From Candidatus Babeliales bacterium (GTDB lineage: Bacteria > Babelota > Babeliae > Babelales > JANWKD01), in the NCBI GenBank assembly GCA_963701665.1, contig OY969622.1:640001-704000 (forward strand): a stretch of 64,000 nucleotides of DNA, given 5' to 3'. Shown piece by piece: positions 57,713 through 64,000 of the stretch. Positions within the stretch are counted from its first letter, which is position 1. Every line of letters begins with the position of its first letter. A model generated the notes under the pieces. That model had not been told where the DNA came from. It did no database searches and worked only from the letters and a program-made list of their open reading frames with translations. Position numbers and translations under genes: made by a program.

Positions 57713-59752
57713 TTATTGCAAAATTTGTTTAACAGCTGGTGAATATACTTTTGGCGCCATAGGATTGTCGAGAGTGAATTGATCTTCTGAACGTTGCTCT
57801 TTGATCATATTCAGATAACACATTGCTAACGCATCTTGTGCCAGTGCTTTTGGATACTGTTTTTTCTCATGCATTAGCGTATGGCTAAATAGAGTACCGC
57901 TATCGGAGAGAACAGAATAATCACCCGCAACATGCAATTTTTTTCCATCTTGAGAATAACAACATGCTGCGACGCGCAATGAATTCAAATAACTTAAATC
58001 AAATAAATCTCTTCTTTCAAGTGCGATTTCTTGATCATTTAAATAATAAATTTGTGCATTGCCATTTTTAAATCTTGTAAAAAATTGTTGTCCTTCTGGA
58101 GAAATACGGCTTTCTAGAGGAGTACGATATTTTAGAAAAGAATATAAATTATACTCATAAATAGGCTTTTTATTTTTATCATCAATAAAGACTATTGCTT
58201 CATTGGTTGTAACAAGATGCGCATAATTAGAAGGGGTATGAGAAACTGTGTTCGTTGGAGCATCGTAAATAGTTTCATCTATCATAACATGTGTTCGTGT
58301 ATCATAGTGCTGTACCTTTTTACCAGTACAAAGACGAAATGCGTGATGATCGGGGGAGCATTCAACATCAGTTATCGGTTCTGGTAGACTAATTTTTTGC
58401 TTTGACGTGTGTGTAGTAAGATCCCATAGGTAAACTGAATTATCTTTAGCTGAAAAGAAACTAGAGTCTCCGCTTGCTGATAAGAGCGTATTATCATCAA
58501 GAAAAGAAACAGCATTAACATGGCTATTATGGCCAGATAAAGGAATTGGTTTAGGCTTTGCAGAACCGATATCGAAAATTCTAAGATATGGAGCTTGCGT
58601 TGATCCTGCGGCAATTGTATTGCCTAGAGCACGAAGTATAGTTATTTTTCCTGCGGGCGTGATATTATCATTATATATACATCCATGTGGCATTAATGCT
58701 GTTACCGTTTTACTTATATGACGAATAGCGCCATCAGAATACCCAAGCACTATTTTATTATTATTTGATAAAGCAGCCATCGCAGTGATGAATCCTCGGT
58801 CCTCATACCTCCAAATAGTTTCCGATATATTTTGCGGCTTTTCAGTAAGATTTTTTCTAAATATAATTTTCGCAACTTTTTCTGAAAATTCGGGGGATAA
58901 ATTGAGTGATTCTAACCATTCGTATGCTTGTGCACATTTAGCAGCTAAATATGGGCCAACAAAATCAGTCTTTTCCTTATTAAAAATATCGTGTAGCTTG
59001 TAATATGGATATTCCGTCGAAACTCGATCTAATTCAGCCTTTGACAATGCTTTATTTGCGACAAAACGAGCACATGCTTTGACAAAAAATTTTACTAATT
59101 TTTTGTCATATTTTTTATCATAAGTTCCATCGTGTAAATGCATAGCCTCAGTTGCATATTTATTCATGTAATGGCAGGCGATGCCCTCGACTTCGTAATT
59201 TTTATATACGTCCGGTAAGGCAAGATAACGAGAGATATTATTAGAAATATCATCGTATATAAAATTTTTCATTGCAGGATGGGCATTGATGTGATGTTGC
59301 TCAAGATGTTTTGCTATACTATTAAACAGCTTATACAATCCGTAGCTCGTGGTATTTTTTTCTTGACCCTTATCCTCTTCTTCTTTTTCTTTATCTTTAG
59401 TTTGCTTATTATGGGCGACATTATTGTTGTTATTTAGATGAGCTAATGTTTCTTTCAGTAAGCTACCAATGTTTCGTGTTTTCTCTAAGCCAGTATTTTC
59501 TAATGTACATGCTATTTCATATATGGTATCAAGTGACACTTTTTGTCGAGATATATATTCAAGGACAGCTTGTTGATGATTCTCGCCTTGATTATCGTTA
59601 AGGAGTCTTTCGATGTCCTGTACAATTTTAAAAGTTCTACTCGCAACTTCAAGCTGAGAGGGAATGTCTCTTTCTTTTTCTTTCTCTTTTTCCATGCTTA
59701 ATAGTTCGATGCTAAAAAACAAACTAGCTAGAAGGAAAAAATATTTTTGCAT
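57713..59752 (-). CDS. WD40-repeat exported protein
   Basis: LSGHNSHVNAVSF...LLSASGD...VYLWD repeats; signal peptide. Confidence 0.85.
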   Translation of the reverse strand: MQKYFFLLASLFFSIELLSMEKEKEKERDIPSQLEVASRTFKIVQDIERLLNDNQGENHQQAVLEYISRQKVSLDTIYEIACTLENTGLEKTRNIGSLLKETLAHLNNNNNVAHNKQTKDKEKEEEDKGQEKNTTSYGLYKLFNSIAKHLEQHHINAHPAMKNFIYDDISNNISRYLALPDVYKNYEVEGIACHYMNKYATEAMHLHDGTYDKKYDKKLVKFFVKACARFVANKALSKAELDRVSTEYPYYKLHDIFNKEKTDFVGPYLAAKCAQAYEWLESLNLSPEFSEKVAKIIFRKNLTEKPQNISETIWRYEDRGFITAMAALSNNNKIVLGYSDGAIRHISKTVTALMPHGCIYNDNITPAGKITILRALGNTIAAGSTQAPYLRIFDIGSAKPKPIPLSGHNSHVNAVSFLDDNTLLSASGDSSFFSAKDNSVYLWDLTTHTSKQKISLPEPITDVECSPDHHAFRLCTGKKVQHYDTRTHVMIDETIYDAPTNTVSHTPSNYAHLVTTNEAIVFIDDKNKKPIYEYNLYSFLKYRTPLESRISPEGQQFFTRFKNGNAQIYYLNDQEIALERRDLFDLSYLNSLRVAACCYSQDGKKLHVAGDYSVLSDSGTLFSHTLMHEKKQYPKALAQDALAMCYLNMIKEQRSEDQFTLDNPMAPKVYSPAVKQILQ

Positions 59753-59998
59753 GATGTTCCTTTAAGAATTAGTTAAAAATCTAGTCAATAAAATAACTTT
59801 TCTACATTTTTTGTCAAACACAATGTGAAATTTTTTGTTTTTTAAAGTACTTAAATTAATTGATTATTATTTTCAATTGTTAACAAGAAACACTAAATGG
59901 ATTGGCAACAGTTTTTATTGACGTATAAAAAATTTTTGCAATAATATTAAGAAAAATAAATATTTAAAAAAATAACTTTTTTATACAAAAGGTATAAG

Positions 59999-60865
59999 AT
60001 GTATTCTAAGTCGTTAACAACAAAAACAAAATTATTATTAGTGTTGTTCGCATTTTCTTTTAAAGTTCAGGCAATGGATCAACTCAAAGAGAATCATTTT
60101 ACCAAGGTTCCGAGAGAAGTTAAGACAGCGGTATTTTTTGATCTTATTTGTTCATCAGAAACCATTCAAGAAGCTAGTAAAAATTGGCATGTACTTGAAT
60201 CGGTTGATCGGGAGTTTAATTGTGTACTGAATGATCCTATAGTGATTAAAGATATAGTAAAAACTTTGCATAAAAAATTTAAACACCGAAAACTATTTGT
60301 ACGCTATGCCCTTCACACTAAAGAAACTCAACAGAAATTAAAAGAAAGAATGAAGATCATCGGTCAATATGCCTTTTTACATCACAATGAAATAGTTTAT
60401 GAACAACAGAAAGATGGAGAGTCAACATCATCTCTATTAGAACGAACTTGCAATATCTTACACGCAAAAAGAAAAGATAACGCAGCGTTTTGGAAAAATA
60501 CTCAAAATATAACAGATGATTACAAGAAAATGACGCTACCGAGCCGTATTAGAGTGAATGTAGGCGCCTATAAATATATATTTGATGGCGAGTTGATCGC
60601 GCGATCTCTTTTCTATTTAGTAGAAAATATTTCCGGCAATAGGACTTTTTCTATTGGTCCCCGTTATTCAAACGAAGTTCCTGAAATTTTTGAAAATCCA
60701 AAACTGAAGGAAATGCTCGATGAAAGTCACAAATTTAGAGGGGAAAAAACCCTATTTAAAATGGTATGTTCTGAAATTTTTAATGATTTTTATCCAGGAG
60801 TATATGTAAACAGTGTTATGCATGATAGGATAAAAGAACGCATCGAGTGGTACGTTGGAGAATAA
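59999..60865 (+). CDS. Exported protein with F-box-like N-terminal segment
   Basis: Signal peptide, then FTKVPREVK..VF....V.REFN resembling an F-box. Confidence 0.55.
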   Translation: MYSKSLTTKTKLLLVLFAFSFKVQAMDQLKENHFTKVPREVKTAVFFDLICSSETIQEASKNWHVLESVDREFNCVLNDPIVIKDIVKTLHKKFKHRKLFVRYALHTKETQQKLKERMKIIGQYAFLHHNEIVYEQQKDGESTSSLLERTCNILHAKRKDNAAFWKNTQNITDDYKKMTLPSRIRVNVGAYKYIFDGELIARSLFYLVENISGNRTFSIGPRYSNEVPEIFENPKLKEMLDESHKFRGEKTLFKMVCSEIFNDFYPGVYVNSVMHDRIKERIEWYVGE

Positions 60866-60903
60866 TCCTGTACTATCACAAATATACCTGGCATAAAATT
60901 ATA

Positions 60904-60932
60904 AGGCATGGTGAAAATACCATGCCTTTTTT
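60904..60932 (+). terminator. Intrinsic terminator
   Basis: AAGGCATGGT / ACCATGCCTT followed by a T-run. Confidence 0.75.
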
Positions 60933-60986
60933 TATAGTGTTGATTTTTTATGGGCCGACTTTTTATAGTTACTTCTGGGTGAAGTA

Positions 60987-61640
60987 ATGGATAAAAAATC
61001 TTGTGTTGTAATAAGTATCATTCTTATTGCGAGTCTTATTGGGGTTATCAGTATGGCGCCGAAAAAAAGTAAATTATCTACCTATAAAAAAAAGCGTGAT
61101 TTTAGTGTCACGCCTGAGCCATCTGGCGGTCGTAAGAAAAAAACAAAAAAACCCATTTTTGTGGTACAAAAACACGCTGCTTCGCATTTGCATTATGATT
61201 TTCGATTAGAAATTGACGGCGTGCTTGTTTCCTGGGCAATTCCTAAAGGACCATCAACCGATCCTAATGTAAAACATTTAGCGGTTATGACAGAAGATCA
61301 TCCAATGGAGTATGCAAAGTTTGAAGGCATTATTCCCAAAGGACAATATGGTGGCGGGACGGTGATGGTATGGGATATTGGTACGTATGAAAATCTTAAA
61401 ACCCCGTACGATGTTTCAATGAAACAGGCGCTCAAAGATGGCAAAATTGAAATTGAACTTCATGGTAAAAAGCTGCAAGGTTCATTTGCACTGATTCGTA
61501 CCAAATTACACAATGATGAACGCAATTGGTTATTTTTTAAAATCAAAGATGGTAAAAAGAAGGTCGCAATAAAAAATAAAGAACGTTCAGCGCTTACTAA
61601 TCGCACTATGAAGCAGATTGAACAGGATGAAAAAGAGTAA
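60987..61640 (+). CDS. LigD 3'-phosphoesterase module (stand-alone)
   Basis: KRDF..TPEP, FVVQKH.A..LHYDFRLE, SWAIPKGPS and EDHP..Y..FEG motifs; start may be 61053. Confidence 0.92.
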   Translation: MDKKSCVVISIILIASLIGVISMAPKKSKLSTYKKKRDFSVTPEPSGGRKKKTKKPIFVVQKHAASHLHYDFRLEIDGVLVSWAIPKGPSTDPNVKHLAVMTEDHPMEYAKFEGIIPKGQYGGGTVMVWDIGTYENLKTPYDVSMKQALKDGKIEIELHGKKLQGSFALIRTKLHNDERNWLFFKIKDGKKKVAIKNKERSALTNRTMKQIEQDEKE

Positions 61641-62557
61641 TGGAAAAAACGTTATCCCAAAAAATAAAAGTTGGATCGTATACCATTTCAATTAGTAATC
61701 AAGATAAAGTGCTCTTTCCTGATGATGGCATTACCAAAGCTGATCTCATCAATTATTACTATTCCATTGCGCCGCTTATGTTGTTATACGTAAAAAACCG
61801 GCCTATTACGATGCATCGTTATCCTATGGGTATTAATCATGAAGGCTTTTATCAAAAAAACGCGGAAGATTATTTTCCTTCTTGGGTGAAACGTATACCC
61901 ATTAAAACTGAAGAGCATAAAACAGTAAATTATGTTGTTATTGATAAGGTTGCGACATTCGTCTATTTAGCAAATCTGGGATGCATCACGCCGCATATTT
62001 GGTTGAGCACATTGCGCGCGCTTGATAATCCCGATCGTTTAATTTTTGATCTGGATCCTTCAGGAAAAAATTTCGATTTTTCATTGATTAAAAAAACCGC
62101 ATTGAGTTTCAAAAAACTATTAGAAGATTTGGATTTAGTGCCGTTCGTTATGACGACGGGTTCACGCGGACTGCATGTTGTGGTGCCTTTAAAGGGTACT
62201 ATGAGTTATGATGTTGTGCGTCCCTTTGCTCGTTCGCTCGCACAACAATTAGTGCAACAAGATCCTGAGCATTTGACCGTTGATGTGAGCAAAAAAAAGC
62301 GCGGCAAAAAAATTTTTATAGATTATTTACGCAACTCGTTTAGTGCAACGGGCGTTGCTCCATACGCTGTGCGTGCAAGAAACCACGCGCCCATAGCAAC
62401 ACCGCTCGCCTGGGATGAACTTTCTGATCTGCGCTCGTCTGATATGTATACCATGAAAACAATTTTTAAACGTTTAGAAAAACATGGTGATCCTTGGCAT
62501 GATATTGATAAGCATGCAAGAACGTTAACGTACGCATTGAAAATGATGAAATCTTAA
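61640..62557 (+). CDS. LigD polymerase (AEP primase-polymerase) module (stand-alone)
   Basis: SN.DKVLFP, FYQKN, FDLDP, TTGSRGLHV, DYLRN and APYA.RAR motifs. Confidence 0.92.
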   Translation: MEKTLSQKIKVGSYTISISNQDKVLFPDDGITKADLINYYYSIAPLMLLYVKNRPITMHRYPMGINHEGFYQKNAEDYFPSWVKRIPIKTEEHKTVNYVVIDKVATFVYLANLGCITPHIWLSTLRALDNPDRLIFDLDPSGKNFDFSLIKKTALSFKKLLEDLDLVPFVMTTGSRGLHVVVPLKGTMSYDVVRPFARSLAQQLVQQDPEHLTVDVSKKKRGKKIFIDYLRNSFSATGVAPYAVRARNHAPIATPLAWDELSDLRSSDMYTMKTIFKRLEKHGDPWHDIDKHARTLTYALKMMKS

Positions 62558-62634
62558 TAAATACCGATTGACCCACTCCGCTTTAAGAGCTAATAAATAT
62601 TTTTTTTGTCCCGGAAAAGCTTTTAAATTTTTAC

Positions 62635-62669
62635 TTGACCACATTCCCACATTTGTGGTATGCTATAAT
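62635..62669 (+). promoter_or_regulatory. TA promoter with operator palindrome
   Basis: TTGACC...TATGCT/TATAAT enclosing CCACATTTGTGG. Confidence 0.55.
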
Positions 62670-62705
62670 AAGCTAAAATTGATAAAAATACCTAAGGAGT
62701 GAAAT

Positions 62706-62954
62706 ATGGCAAAGGAAAATATGTCTCGTATTTCTATTGATGTCACAAAGGAACAGCATAAGATGCTTAAAGCCCGGGCTGCTTTGAGCGGTAAAACATT
62801 ACAACAACTTATTTTAGATTCTGTTGGAGAAATTCCGGAACAAGAACTTTGGTTATATGATCCTGCAAACAAAGACCTAGTAGAGCGCCTTAAAAATAGC
62901 TTTAAAAAAGAGGCAACGATAGATTGGAATTCTATAAAACATAAGTTCGAATAA
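62706..62954 (+). CDS. RHH-type antitoxin
   Basis: SRISIDVT.EQH..LKA.AAL.G; overlaps the toxin start. Confidence 0.8.
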   Translation: MAKENMSRISIDVTKEQHKMLKARAALSGKTLQQLILDSVGEIPEQELWLYDPANKDLVERLKNSFKKEATIDWNSIKHKFE

Positions 62955-63247
62955 TGACAAAGCTTAAGTTAAATGACGATGCTCTTAAAGACCTTGAAAT
63001 TTTAAAAAAAGATAAATCAAAATCTAGAATATTAAAAGATGTCGTTAAAGCATTAACCCTTATGCAAGAAAATTTACGCCATCCATCATTAAATACTCAT
63101 GAATATAAAGGAATAAAAGGCCCAAATGGAGAAAAGATTTTTGAAGCCTATGCCCAACAGAAAACATCAGGAGCTTATAGAATTTTTTGGCATTATGGAC
63201 CTGGGCAGACTACCATAACTGTAATTGCCATAGTGCCTCATCCTTAA
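62954..63247 (+). CDS. RelE/ParE-superfamily toxin
   Basis: HPSL.THE, FEAY and YRIFW.YG motifs. Confidence 0.8.
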   Translation: MTKLKLNDDALKDLEILKKDKSKSRILKDVVKALTLMQENLRHPSLNTHEYKGIKGPNGEKIFEAYAQQKTSGAYRIFWHYGPGQTTITVIAIVPHP

Positions 63248-63304
63248 AGTAAGAAATATAAATTCTTTTTTTTATAACTATCTAATTCCTAGAGAACCTC
63301 TGAC

Positions 63305-64000
63305 ATGAAAATTATATCCACACGGTACAATAAATTATTAGTTTTAATTGTGATTCTCTTTGGTTTTGCAAACTATCTCAATGCAATAGAGTGTCCTTTT
63401 AGTGAACAAGATGCTCAAGTTCAAGCTTATGATTTATTCAAAAAGTTTGGTTTAATGAATACCCCTTTTATTATAGAAAAGAATCTTTTAAATATAGTAG
63501 CTCAGTACATATTTGAAATAAATGAGAAAGGTGTACAAAACTCCGTTATTGTTAACCGCAAAGCTTGGAAAATGCTTAATGAAACTGAGCGTGAATTTGT
63601 ATTATGTCATGAAATTAGTCATATTAAGAGGAAACATTATATTGTAGCGTCGCTTTCTTACTTATTAAGAAATATAGCAATCACTTTAGCTCCTCTTCTG
63701 ACAATGCATCATCTGGATAAGCACAATTATAAAGTAGCGTCTGGTTTGATGACCAAAATATCTATATCTATTTTAAGTACAGCGATAATAAAATTTTGCT
63801 CTTTAGCTTTAGAAGCTAAAATAGCTCGTGAAACAGAATATCAAGCAGATAAAGATGCATTATGTATGACCAAAAATTTACAAGCTGCAATAGATGCCCT
63901 TAAAAAAAGGAATCTTATCATAAAAAGTGATGAAACAGACTTTTGGGGATCTCTTTTTGCAGATCACCCTAGCACTGATGAGAGAATTAAAAAACTTGAT
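63305..64000 (+). CDS. M48 (HtpX-like) zinc metalloprotease, truncated by the window edge
   Basis: Open frame from ATG 63305 with HEISH, EYQAD and DHPSTDERI. Confidence 0.85.
   Translation, partial: MKIISTRYNKLLVLIVILFGFANYLNAIECPFSEQDAQVQAYDLFKKFGLMNTPFIIEKNLLNIVAQYIFEINEKGVQNSVIVNRKAWKMLNETEREFVLCHEISHIKRKHYIVASLSYLLRNIAITLAPLLTMHHLDKHNYKVASGLMTKISISILSTAIIKFCSLALEAKIARETEYQADKDALCMTKNLQAAIDALKKRNLIIKSDETDFWGSLFADHPSTDERIKKLD

Overview
AT-rich bacterial chromosomal segment. The gene style suggests an intracellular protist parasite or symbiont, most likely Ca. Dependentiae/Babelota (TM6): it has many signal-peptide proteins with ankyrin, WD40, J-domain or F-box-like domains and a 2093-aa orphan. 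This assignment is inference. Housekeeping genes include htrA, tlyA, pssA, an amidase, dnaA (no adjacent dnaN), pgk, a LolC/E-type permease, rpiB, an FtsH-like ATPase, two TrxB-Trx fusions, pepA and split LigD modules. There are two tRNA-Arg genes. A ~13.1-kb AT-rich integrative element (6272-19366) sits at the CCA end of tRNA-Arg(CCT). Its large serine recombinase gene appears split by integration, with an in-frame alternative C-terminus at the far end of the element. The element carries a primase/helicase module with a likely ori, two ERF-like genes (one fused to a PD-(D/E)XK nuclease), a NUDIX / viperin-like radical SAM / methyltransferase operon, a HIT hydrolase and DUF1796. Seven copies of a palindromic MITE-like repeat are dispersed through the window. 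Two contain nested 30- and 33-bp hairpins related to structured elements found behind both tRNA 3' ends, one of which precedes a GIY-YIG gene. Several exported proteins share a 'signal peptide then Met' N-terminus. No CRISPR array or rRNA was seen. All family calls come from motif reading by eye; no searches were run.
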